A stretch of 64,000 nt of DNA, taken from NCBI RefSeq assembly GCF_000315625.1, contig NW_005434637.1, positions 246,671 to 310,670 on the forward strand, read 5' to 3'. The position numbers and the translations under genes were made by a program. This DNA is from Guillardia theta CCMP2712 (lineage: Eukaryota; Protista; Cryptophyta). The notes below the pieces were generated by a model. It made no database searches. It saw only the letters and a list, made by a program, of their open reading frames with translations, and was not told the DNA's origin. Position 1 is the first letter of the stretch. Each line of letters begins with the position of its first letter. Shown here in pieces: positions 1-11,336 of the stretch.

Positions 1-976
1 TCGACTCAGAATCCTAGTGAACGTTACCCTGTCTTCTTGGTCCTCAAAGCCCTCGGGAGCTGAAATCATCTGCGAAGACGAAGTGAAGAGAGGAGGATCG
101 AGAGGGGGAGGAAGGCACCTCATACATGGCAGCCGATTGCACCTGCAGGAAGAAATCATCTCATACAGAACAACGTCATCACAAAGCTTCACCATCTTAG
201 AATCGCTCTTCAACGCACTCATGAAAGCAAACTTGCTGCTGTCATGGTTGATGCCGAGCTTGACATGAAACTTAGAGCAGGACAGGTAAACGCGTAATGG
301 CATGCCTGTCGCACGAGCTTGATCGCCTCGCACTTGTCAAACATTTCAGCCTCAGGGTCTTCAAGGATGCGCAACGTCTCAATAGCCGCAGCATTCGCCT
401 CCCCCCCGGAACCCTTCTCGTTGCTGTGTGCCAAACAGGGATATCAGTGTTGAGACAGTCAGAGAACAAAGATGGCACTTTCCCGAGTGAGAAGACTTCA
501 TCTTTCCTGCTCAGATGCTGAATGTTTGGAGACGAGACACCGAAAAGTGTGCGAGAAGGGTTGGTGACACAAGGCCTCGAGTCATCGTGTTTGATTTCAT
601 AAGGTAGGTTTTGAGTGACCAGGTTGTCCAAAGAAGATCTTGTTTCGGTGTACGAGTCCCTGAGATAAGATGTAGAGAGCAAGTTTGACGACGACCTTGC
701 TTCTGACATGTCCAATGCTGTTGTTGCTCCTGCATGACCGTGCCTTTCGTCACCATCCGTTGAGTTTGCATGCGTTATGTTTCTGCCTTGTTGAGATGTC
801 CTTTCTTGCTTTCCTTTGTACCAAGTTGGTTCTCGACTTCTGTAAGAGGATCTCAAACTTCTTTCGTCCATCTCTTCGACGTCAAAGCCATCAAATCCGA
901 AGAATCCCTCATGGCGCAAGAAGCCCCCTTCCCCTTCCCCGTCCTCGTCCTCATCCCTCATCAAGGCAGAGGACAT
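1..976 (-). CDS. hypothetical protein, multi-exon, runs off the left window edge
   Basis: 234-aa ORF 272..976 followed by a coding-like frame (AIETLRILEDPEAEMFDKCEAIKLVRQ) joined by probable short introns; no family recognised. Confidence 0.5.
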
Positions 977-1344
977 GATGATAGCAGCAGGCTCGAGCCT
1001 TCAGAGCTTACTCAGATGGCGGACGATCTTCATCACTCTCGTTTCTACTCGCCCTCCCCTCCTCTTCATCCCGCCTTTCCAGCCATGGACGGTAGTCACA
1101 GCAAAGGGCCTCATACCGCACAAACTCATACCGCACAAAAATGATGTGATTCGACAGGCTTTGCCAAGTCATAATGTGACAGCTACGTTAGGCGAGCTAC
1201 GTTAGGCGAGGCCATGACGTCGGAGAACGATTCCTTGGTTTACTAAACATGTTTGCTGTAGCATAGAAGGCGACAACATCGCAAGCATCGTAGGGATGTT
1301 AAAAACTAGAGTTAAAGGAAGGGGTAAGCTAAAGTCGCAGGAGC

Positions 1345-4223
1345 TCAAACTGCCGCTGCTGAGACGCAAGAATTGGGGATTATGCAAATCGTGTAGCCCA
1401 CAGGGATCAACTCAGGTGGGGTCCTGGCGATGTCCCAGTTGTTCATGTAGATATGCTTGTCCGAAGTTCCAAATCTCTGCGCAAGGGAGGCCACGGAATC
1501 ATGCGGTTCGATCTGCACATCAAGTAAGAAGCTGATCAGTGCACGAGACATAGGGATCAGTGAGGAAGTCAGAAGATTGAGGGAGGAGGCGGAAGGGAGA
1601 AGGGCGAGAAAAAAGACGAAGAAGAGCTTGTGAGGAAGGGAGTCAGACAGAACCTGGTAGAGATGGCCAATGTTGATCTCCTTGGCAGGAGGGAGGCCGA
1701 TGTCAGGGTTCAGCAGGTCTGGGTTGAAGTGCCAGACTTGGAGCCAGTTGGTTGCAAATCGCGCAGCGACTTGCACAAGAGAGTCTTCACTCTGCACGTA
1801 CCACTTGCAACGAGCGACGCTGATGAAGATGCACCCGAGGCTAGACTGAGCCGTTCGAAACGGACCGCCCACATCTTGAGCGACGAAGCATACCTCACCT
1901 TGGCAATCGTTAGATAGATAATGACTGGCTGCAAGGAATTACCTGCAAACCCGCCATACATAGAATCAGGAAACCACTGCACCAGACGAGATGTGGACTT
2001 TGACAAGGCGTCATAAGGCTCAACCACATTCGAAAGGAATGTTGCTCCCGTCAACGTCAGCCCTTGGGTGTCGAAGGAGATGGCGACCACCTCGTCCGCG
2101 TGATTGATATCTCTGAAAGTCACATTGAAGTAAAGTAATTTGCCCATGGTGGTGCTAAGATTTACATGAGGCACAAAGCTGGGTCCCGGATCTTGACGAA
2201 TGTTATAGAGGATACATCTTTGCGTCGAGGAAAGAGCAGCTGTTGGCTGTTGCCAGTATGTTCCAACGTAACAAAAAACATAATACCCTGCATATTCTGG
2301 GACCCACCGAAGGCTCCTTTGTATGATATTGATGCTCACCGTTGAAAAGTACAAGGGAGCAGTGAGAAACGGCGATGAAACGTTGTACCACGATGGGCGC
2401 ATGGAAAACGAAATGTTGGTGATAGCTGGACCATTGCCTCGCTTGAACAGAATGAAGCCCATCTCGTTAAACTTGGAAGAACATCCTGTTGTAGCCCCAG
2501 GAACAACATAGTAACCATCTGCAGTCTTTTGGTTAACTTCCGTTCTAGACTTCGTTACGAACAACTCAGTTACGGCAGGATCACTCGAGCTCCTTTTCAC
2601 CCACATAGAGACAAATAAACTTCCGTTGTTCACCAAATTGTGAGCCGCATAAGTCAAGGACGAAGATAGAGCATTGGGGTATATGTCATTCATGGTATAG
2701 CTACCGTTTTTCAGAATCGGGCGATATCCTGAATTCCAAAGATCAAGAGCCCCAGGCGCATTCAAGAATTGATAGCTTCGAGAATTCGTCTGACTTTTTG
2801 ATTCAGGATTGTCACAGACGAGGACGATATCCACAATCGCGTCAGAGCCTGTCGATGCGAGCGAAGCTCCTGGAGGCAAGCCATTCGACGGCATTCCAGC
2901 CACCTGCTGAGATTGATCCGGTCTGTAGGTTCTAGTTGCTTCAACTGTAAGATTTGAAAACACGTAGTTCAAGACGAGTGGCTGCATCTGAGGATTTTTT
3001 ACAGTGACTGGTGTCGAGATAGAGAATCCTACCCATCCATCAACATTCTGCAAGGACTTGTCCTGGCTTGACTGGTAATCCGTACCGTCATTTTGTACAG
3101 CAAACGGCTGCGGATCCGCGGGTATGTACTGCACTCTCAAATCTATCAGTGTGCTTGCATTGCACTGTGCATATTGCGTCTGTATTGCGGTACAGAGATC
3201 TACACGAACCACAAGCTGGCGAATTCCAGTACCTGCTCCAACAGTAACAAGGCCGTTGTTGTCGATGCTAGCTCCGGACATCACCGTGAATTCAGAATCA
3301 GGCAAATCCAAATCACTTGCTTTTGCCAATTGATAGGTAATGCTCACATCGGTATTATCATCAACAGGATAATTCGTATTTCCACCGGACAAAACCTTCA
3401 ATGGGACCCCACCCAAAGCAAATGCATCCTTGGCCAAAACATTGAAACTTCCACCGTTACTCTGACTCACCGTCACCACGGGGAGCGTGCGGGCAACGAG
3501 TGAGCTGTGCCTGTTGGTCAAGTCCACGTACGAGACCAATTTATACACTTTGTTGCTGTTGACTGCAAGGTCCTGACCCCTGCAGCAGCCCACAAACGAC
3601 GCCTTCCAGGGTGTGTTCCAGTACGGCTGATTCGCATCAAGGGAAGATCCCGTGGAAGCTTGGTAGCTGCATTAGGTGTGATCGTGCTGATATGACATGT
3701 AAGAAATACAAGAATCACCTGAAGCCTGTCGGATAAAAGTTGGTCTTGCCAACCGGATTGTACGGAGTGGAATACGTGTGGCGAATCATTGTAGTTCCCA
3801 TAATCCAATTCTCCGACTTCGAAAAGGCGGTGACAACAATATCAACGAAGTACTGCTTTCCATCACCTGAAACACTTGCTTTCACTTTATGGGATGGTAT
3901 CATAGGAACAGACCTGTGTAGAACAAGATTTGAGAAGTTCCTGATCCGGTGTTGGAATTGCTACCAAAGTATACACCAGTCAACCTGACTTTGTCTCCAA
4001 CCACCGGGTAATCATCACTTCTAGGATTGTTGCTTTTGCTTACAAAAACCCACTGAAAATTACGACCCCATGCTGTTACCAATTCAAAATCAACCGTGTT
4101 GGGTGCAACTCCCGTTTCGTTCACCGAGCGCCACGACAAAGAACCAAATCGATATGAGCCGGCACAGAAATCAAAGAGAGACAAGCAGAGTGCGAAAGAT
4201 AGTGCCCATGTTGCCTTCGACAT
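1345..4223 (-). CDS. large secreted protein with two C-terminal LysM domains and a MABP-like beta-prism segment
   Basis: Signal peptide MSKATWALSFALCLSLFDFCAG. Introns near 3913-3867, 3718-3667, ~1943-1900 and ~1651-1516 join the ORFs in frame. LysM-like repeats WYVQSEDSLVQVAARFATNWLQVWHFNPDL and YQIEPHDSVASLAQRFGTSDKHIYMNN...GYTICIIP. Confidence 0.8.
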
Positions 4224-4920
4224 TGCTTCGCCGCCCTCAACGCGAGGAGCCTTTTCAGTATCTCCAGTCCCACTCCACCTGCATAGAACTCAACAAACGA
4301 CACATCCAAGCAAGCGGGGTGACGCATGACTTTCACAACATAAGCAGCAAAGGGGATTAAAACTCAAAAACATTTTTAAGAACCAAGAGATGTTTAAGAA
4401 CCAAGAGATGAGAACAACACAAACCGCTGCTGCAACTTGACATCCCACACAGAGAAAGCTCAACATCTGCCACTCAAGTCCATACCACATAACCTTTTCA
4501 AGAATGCAAGCCCGACTCTCAACAACACTATCTGAACTGTTCTCAACTAAGATAGGTCTCAATATTTCTAACATGATCTCGTCTCCATCAAGTTCGCAGC
4601 TGTCCATCTCTTCCTCAACCTACTCCCTTCCCTCTTTTACGCAATGGCCATCGCGGCTGTTGAGAGCGATTAGCTCACTCCACCCCACCCTCTTCGATTG
4701 ATCGAGGAAAGTACCCGTCCTGTACAAGTACCTACCCAGTTTCCTTGATCTTTTGTGGGGACACCCACGAAATTGATAATTAAACTACCGGTACATAACC
4801 TACCCTACCCATTGTTTTACAGTTTTGATCTACAACCGATAGGTCTCATCGGTACAGGTTCCAAATGTTTTGTGTATATTTGAAAAAGAAGAGGACATAT
4901 TGAAATCAATAATCAAGTGA

Positions 4921-5400
4921 CTGACCCGGCGTCCGGCCGGGCGATCAACCGCTGCCGGCGGCGGCGCCGCCGGGCCCGGTTGAACTTCCGAACTTGAAGT
5001 TCACTCAGTGCGGCGAAGCAGCGGAAGCTGCCACGGAATCAGTCCTGAGTCCCGGAACCCCAGCCGAGCAGGAGCTGCTTAGTCTGACAATGCGGCCCTT
5101 CAGTTCACCGGGGGGCGGGGGCGGCCGCGCAGCCTCCGAGTCACCCGCCGGTGACCCGCCGTCGGACCCGGACGGACTCGGACCGGTCACCCGGCACCGG
5201 CCGGGCGGGTGACCGTAGTGGCCCGGTCCCCGAGCGGCCCGCCGCGCCGGTACGCCGTGACGGTAGCTGCCACTGACCATACACCGCCGGGCGGGTGTGA
5301 CCGTCACTGGCGTGACGGACAGTGACTCACACCGTGGCACGGTGGCCCACCGTCACTCAGGAAGTGCCGGGTGACTCTCATACTAGTCAGTGCAGGCTTC
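4921..5400. repeat. GC-rich intergenic island (dispersed repeat family member)
   Basis: Strongly GC-rich, with CCGG/GGCC/CCGTGAC motifs; shares GAACTTCCGAACT with the island at ~51875. Confidence 0.55.
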
Positions 5401-5422
5401 AGACTGTTTACTCAAAGTCACA

Positions 5423-5540
5423 CAGGCTTCCTGCTTAACTTTGAGTAAAGATTATTACTTCATATCAGGCTGCCTACTTAACTTTGAGTAAAGATTATTA
5501 CTTCATATCAGGCTTCCTACTTAACTTTGAGTAAAGATTA
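5423..5540 (+). repeat. 43-bp tandem repeat, about 2.7 copies
   Basis: Unit CAGGCT(T/G)CCT(G/A)CTTAACTTTGAGTAAAGATTATTACTTCATAT starts at 5423, 5466 and 5509. Confidence 0.9.
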
Positions 5541-5760
5541 AATGTGGCTGCCACCCCCAAAAGTACCGAGATAGCCAAAGGTAGGTCCGTACCCTCGGAT
5601 AGCTCAGGTAACGATGGCCTGCCGCCGCTCACAGCCATGTCAGGGTTTCATGAGCTTCCAGGGATGTAGAAGAAGCATGCAGCGATAGTGAGGCTCCTCA
5701 GAAAGCGGGTTGAAGGAGTGTCCTGTTCAGTGAAGTCTGAGGTCACTTCCGCCGCTCGCC

Positions 5761-8243
5761 ATGGAGAGAGTAGTGGATGCTCGAACAGACGCTGCTTCCG
5801 AGCTGGTGAACGAGAACGATACGTTGCTGCAAGGAGAGCTAGAGAAGCGAGGAGGGAGTGGACATTCATTCAAGTTCAGGTGGGTAAAAGCCACAAGAAA
5901 AGAAATCTCTTACTCAGTCACTCCGAAGACACCAGCGATTACCTCGATACGATATGAAGAGATAACATGGTTAGCTGATGGGTTGAACCATTCTCGAGGG
6001 GCAGACAATGATTTGATCGTGATGCCGGCAAGGCCTCCAAAGGCAGATGATGAATCTGGTATACCAAAGTGCTCAGTTCAAGTTGTCTGGAAGAAAAAGC
6101 CTGACGAAGAGATCGACAAGAAAAGCCTGGATCTGCAGCATCTTGACTTTGCTCTGGGGACATCGAAGAATGGTTTCTTTCGGGGAAGAATCTTCGTGTT
6201 CAGAACTAAGAATGTTGACGAGCTTGAGATGTGGGTTGAAGGAATACAACGATTGTTGAGGTATCACCAGGACACAGAGATCGTGAACCTGAGCAGATTT
6301 GAAATGATTCGAAAGACTGTGAGATGGTTCTACGTGGGAGACAGATGTCAGTTCGTTCTGGCAGCAGTGATAGTCAGCAACTTCATCTGCAATATCTTTG
6401 AGGCACAGATGCACTCTGCTTCCGGCACAGACGAAGTGTTTGCCATTTTGGATGTGCTCTTCACGATTTTTTTCACGATTGAGGTTTATTGATGTTTTGT
6501 TGCATGTTATGTGTAACTGACCGTTTTCTTCAGTTACTCATAAATATGTTTTCAACTTTCTTCTGGGAATTTATCTCATCACGATGGAATTGGTTTGACA
6601 TGTGTGTTGTTCTGATCTCTCTGATCAGCGTGTTCATAAACAATCTTCCTGGTGCAAACGTGCTGCGACTGCTCCGTTGCTTTCGTGTCTTTCGACTTTT
6701 CAATCGAATCAAGAGCTTGAAAATGGTTCTCTTAGCACTGACTGCTTCTATTCCCCCTATGGTGAATGCTTTTGCGCTGGTCTGTCTTGTCATTGCTATT
6801 TATTCCATCGTTGCTGTTCAGTTTTTTAAACAGCAACAGCCCGAATTGTTTGGTGATTTCTTTACAAGTATGTTCACCATGTTTCAAGTGATGACTCTAG
6901 ACAACTGGTCTGATATTGTAAGAGCTCTTTGGCTGCAGACCAATCAAGAATTCGGTGTAGCATGCTTCTTTTGCTCCTTTCAGTTGATTGCAACCATGGT
7001 TTTGTTGAACGTTGTCATTGCTGTGCTTCTTGACAACTTTTCGGATGCTTCTAGGGAAGAAGCAATTCAAGAACAAAGTCAGTTTTCTTTCAATGCAGAT
7101 TACACTCTAGCAAGAATGGTGAATTCTATCAGCAATGCTCGCGACAGCTACGAGCTTGAGGTTCAGATTGACTCCTTGTTCGACAAGCTCTTGCAACTCA
7201 ATCGTGATAGGATAATGCAGACTTTGACTTCGACTCCTTCAGAACTCAAGAGATTGGGTTACTTTTTCAATCGCTGGAGATGCAGAGGCATAGAAAGGGT
7301 TCAGAAGAACAAATTGTCTTTCATGCAGTTTAGAAATGGATTCAAGATGATGAGGTTCATTCCCCCAATCATTATCACTCAAGACTTTTGGAAGAAAAAC
7401 GTTCAGAGTGCTGGCTTGTGCGATCGGCAAGGTCTGCTCCCCAGAAGCTCATTTCATACACTTTTGAAATGTATGCTCCGACAGCATGACAGTAGCCTGA
7501 TCAACTTTGCGATGGAGATGAACTTTCAAACTGAAAAGGATCATGCTGCACGTGTCATTTCTGCTGTTCTCGCTGTTATTTGCGATGATCCAGCAAAGGG
7601 CATTCATTTGCATCGCGCGGCTTCCGAAAACTGGACTGAAATACACAATATGCTTGATAGTCCGACGGAGACAAAATTGATGGAGACTTTATCAGCCAAA
7701 CTGAATTCCATGCATGAGCGGTTGGATAAGATAGAAACGGAGCTGAGGGAGAATACCCCTCGGAAAATGCACGCGGCAATTAAAGAGTCGATTGGTAATG
7801 GGCACACGAAGCTCAAGGCTAACGGAACTCACAACCTTGTCTCCTCCAACGGGGTGCATCTGTCACGTAGGCGGGGATCTCAAGCGACCACCGGAGTATC
7901 CCAAAAGGTCGATCGCAAGGTCAATCATAAATCGTCAGACCTGACAGAGATCAATCGTCAACTTCAACAGTCAGACCTGACAGAGATCAATCGTCAACAT
8001 CAACAGTCAGACCTGACAGAGATCAATGATCAGCGTTCATCTGTTCCCGAAGAGATAAAGCAAGAGAATGAAGTCAAACGAGTCATCGAAACCTCCCAGG
8101 TCAGCTTGGAGACACAGGATGTGCATATGAACATATCGGCGCACCCCATGCTCGACACCCCCAAGGGCCCTGTGAATCAATTCATTGATGGTCTAGTGGA
8201 AGGAATTCTCAGTATCGGCAAGTCAGTGAGAAGTTCTGCATAG
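5761..8243 (+). CDS. single-domain (6TM) voltage-gated Na+/Ca2+ channel with N-terminal PH-like domain
   Basis: Exons 5761-6483 and 6534-8243 (50-nt GT-AG intron, in frame). S3 WNWFDMCVV, S4 LRLLRCFRVFRLFNR, pore FTMFQVMTLDNWSDIVR, S6 LLNVVIAVLLDNF. PH-like helix FVFRTKNVDELEMWVEGIQRLL. Confidence 0.88.
7934..8030 (+). repeat. 36-bp in-frame tandem repeat (SDLTEINRQxQQ, about 2.7 copies) in the channel C-tail
   Basis: TCAGACCTGACAGAGATCAAT recurs three times at 36-nt spacing. Confidence 0.85.
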
Positions 8244-8316
8244 AGTGAATTTTCGCAACTCAGTATCGATAAGTCAGTGAGATGTTAGGTGTAGATTGAA
8301 AGTTTGTAAAGAGTAT

Positions 8317-9882
8317 TTACGACAAGGAAAGTTCATCCGAGTCCGTCCAGGTCATTGCTATCCTCCTCATACGATTTGAAGACCCCTCTCATAATCGGGT
8401 GTCCACCCATGGATTCCTGTTGCGGTACAGCTCACTGGGCAGGTCTCAATGTCAACCAACACGCACCTTCTTTTCATTCTCTATCTTGATCTGCGCCTGT
8501 TTCGAACGACACATGTTAGAACAGGTAAGATGTTCCAAGGGCCCTTACGTTGACCCGCCACAGTTCTCGCCTTAGGGTATTGTCCGAAGGATGCTTCGCT
8601 AAGGATCGTTTGAGTATAGCTGTGGCTTTCTCGTACTGACCCTGATTGCCGTCGGTCAGTTGCCGATCTCCGTAGGCTAATCCACCAACCTCTTTTCTCA
8701 AAGTTCTGCTGAAATACGCTACGGCGTTCAGATTTTCTGGATCGATGCGCAGCGCCTAATCAAGTATGCAGCCACTCAACGAACTTCTGTCCATCACCAT
8801 GGGACTGAATTGACAGACCTTTCTATAAATCTCCTTAGCAAGCGCATAGTTTTCAGCCCAATCCTTCAGATTCCAATCAGACCTTCGAATGTAACACCTC
8901 CCTTCACCTCCATCAGAGCCCCGAAGTTGAGCAGCACATGCGCGTTGTTTGGCTCCAACGTCAAGGCGGTTGTCAGGAGCTTGGCAGCTGCCGCACCTGC
9001 CGCCTTCTCTCTGTCTTCCTCCCTGCTGCAGTCTCCTCCGCTTCCAAAGTGCTGCACTTCCATAGAAATCCTGCATAGTTGCACATATTCGGCACATTCT
9101 GTGGGTCTGGAAAGCGCTCACGATCGCAATCGACATAGAACATCGAAATGACCTAGTGCAAGGGCCATGTTGTAGAGCCTGCTTGCTTCCTTCAGATGAC
9201 ACGTCAGGTCATGGACTGGCATCATGATGAAATTACCGTTCTGTTCACATTTTCGATCAGAGACGCTAGGTTGTTTATGGTGGTGGGATTCTTCGGATTT
9301 ATCTCAATTGACCGTCTTTGTTTCAATCACGTGTTAATGACTTAATCAATTCTTCTTCATCATCGATTCCGACCTGTACATAGCCTCTGCAATCTGTGCG
9401 TTGTTGAGCAAAGTCTCTGCATACAGACCGTAGGTTGCTATCAATTCAGGGGAGTCTGGAGAGTTGGCGAGAGCGTCGTCAAGAATGCGCAGCACTTCCG
9501 TCTTGTTCTTCTTGACTTGCAGAGAAGCCTGAGTCAGGGCGATCACACTTGCCGGGTCTGCTGGATTCATCTGCACGGCTCTTTCAAACGCTGTTAACGC
9601 TGGTTGAGCGCCATGGTCAGGTCAGGAGAGAAACAATGTCGTGCTCGGACCTTCGACATGCATCCCCTTGCGTTTCAGTTGCATTCCCTTCTCTCTCATG
9701 AAGGCGCTCTGTTCAACCCGAACAGAGCCGCCACGCTGTGCGCTGAGCAACAGAAACAATGTCGCGAAAATTGAAAACCTGTTCGCCATGCAACGAGGCT
9801 CGTGCTGCGTGTCCTCTTCTTGTCTCTGCTCGTCCCTACTTATGCCTCTGTCTCCTGCTCTCCTCTTCCTTCGTCTAGCCAT
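8317..9882 (-). CDS. TPR-repeat protein, many short exons
   Basis: TPR-like segments ILDDALANSPDSPELIATYGLYAE...AEAMYR, ALTLEPNNAHVLLNFGALM, QYEKATAILKRSLAKHPSD; hydrophobic N-terminal stretch FSIFATLFLLLSA; ends approximate. Confidence 0.65.
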
Positions 9883-10000
9883 GCTTCTCCCCCCTCCTCC
9901 TCCTCTCCTCGACTTGTCAGTCCTTCCCCTCCGTTGTCCTACGAGCCAACGAGCAGACTCAACGGGTTCTGAGGCAGCCTTATTAAAAAACTGTCGGGAG

Positions 10001-11234
10001 ATGGCGAGGAGGGCGGTGGTAGGCTGTCTCCTGGCGCTGGTATGCTTGAGGGGGAGCGAAGGGCAGCTCAAGGGCAGTATGCAGCATGCTTGTTTCGCAG
10101 CTTTATCACAGTCTCTTCCCCGTCCTCCTCGCCATGCTGCAATGGGGGTCGACGTGACCAGGCCTCCCCGGCGAGCTCAAGGGATTGTTGCTACAGGGAG
10201 GTCAGCAAGGACGGACGTGAGGATGCTGTCGACCTGGTTTGACGTGCGGGGAGTGAAGTCTTCGGATTCTTCAAGGCTCTTCGCCATCGCCCAGGAGCTG
10301 CAGGTGAAGCCTCCGCTCCTCGCTCCCAAGTGGGTGTGGAAGATGGCGTGGGAGACGTTCCGCGTCATGCTCAAGGCGCTGCATGCGTTTGACCCGCTGT
10401 CAGCATGGGACAATCACTTCAATCTCTCTGTGCTATGGTGGAAGGCGATCGCAGGCAACACTCGAGGGTCCAAGGTCGCTGACGGCGGCATAGCATACGA
10501 CATGCTCCCTGCACTCACGCGGTGGATCGTTGGATGGCCGTTGTGTCTCCTCTTTCCTCGGCTGCACCATCAGAATGTAGCGATGAGAACCTCGTTCTTG
10601 AGCAGGGAGTGCGACCTTGTCATCCGCGAGAACATGGAGAAGAAGCTGAGCACGAGGATGGTAGTTGTAGGTGCGGGTTTTGACACCCGCGGGTTTAGCA
10701 CGCGGGGGATAGAGCGAGTGATCGAGATCGATCTACCAGCTGTTGCCTCGTTGAAGCAGAGGATGCTACACGAGCGTCTCTTCAAGAGACGACCCTCCCT
10801 GCGGCAGGTTCACTACACCTCCATCGGGGTAGACCTGAATCAAGTGGAAAAGTTCGAACGACTTCTTGAGGAAGCGATGGCGAGCGAGTCAGGGGCGACA
10901 AACTGCCACACCATCTTCGTCTTCGAGGCTGTCTTGGCGTATCTCGACGAGGGTGTGGCAGAGAGACTGCTGGGGGCGTGCAGGAGGGTGGGGTCGAAGC
11001 ACAGCGACTCGATCTCCCTCTGCTTGGCTGATAGGCTGCCTCTCTCACGGTAAGGCTCCTCCTCCGAGCTGTAAAACTTTCTGATCCGGGTGCTGCTGCT
11101 CCAGGGGTGAAGACAGAGAAGCGGCCGCGAGTCTGCTGGCGGGGTTGGGGTTTGAACTGGGAGCATGGATGCCGAAACCTGGGATAGCGCGACACATGGC
11201 GTCAGCGCGGGGCAGAGGAGGGGGCGAGGAGTAG
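10001..11234 (+). CDS. SAM-dependent methyltransferase, leucine carboxyl methyltransferase (LCM)-like, with signal peptide
   Basis: Motifs VAMRT, VVVGAGFDTR, IEIDLP, GVDLN, FVFEAVLAYL. Intron 11050-11104 restores the frame to a TAG at 11232-11234. N-terminal signal MARRAVVGCLLALVCL. Confidence 0.8.
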
Positions 11235-11336
11235 GAGGGGCAGCATGGTAGGTGACACGTAAGAATAAGACTGACTGCTTTCATTCGTCGACCTGCTTTC
11301 AGTCACAAGGGGGCGATTGCTTCCCAGTGGAGAGAG

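Noticed and set aside
4290-4607. 105-aa minus-strand ORF with a hydrophobic tail
   Set aside because: No recognisable motif and it runs into AT-rich promoter-like sequence; cannot be supported as a gene
5423-5540. Possible CRISPR array
   Set aside because: Head-to-tail repeats with no unique spacers, no cas genes, eukaryotic context
9641-10000. N-terminal extension of the 470-aa ORF
   Set aside because: Antisense to the TPR gene's first exon; the signal peptide and TATA-like element support a start at 10001
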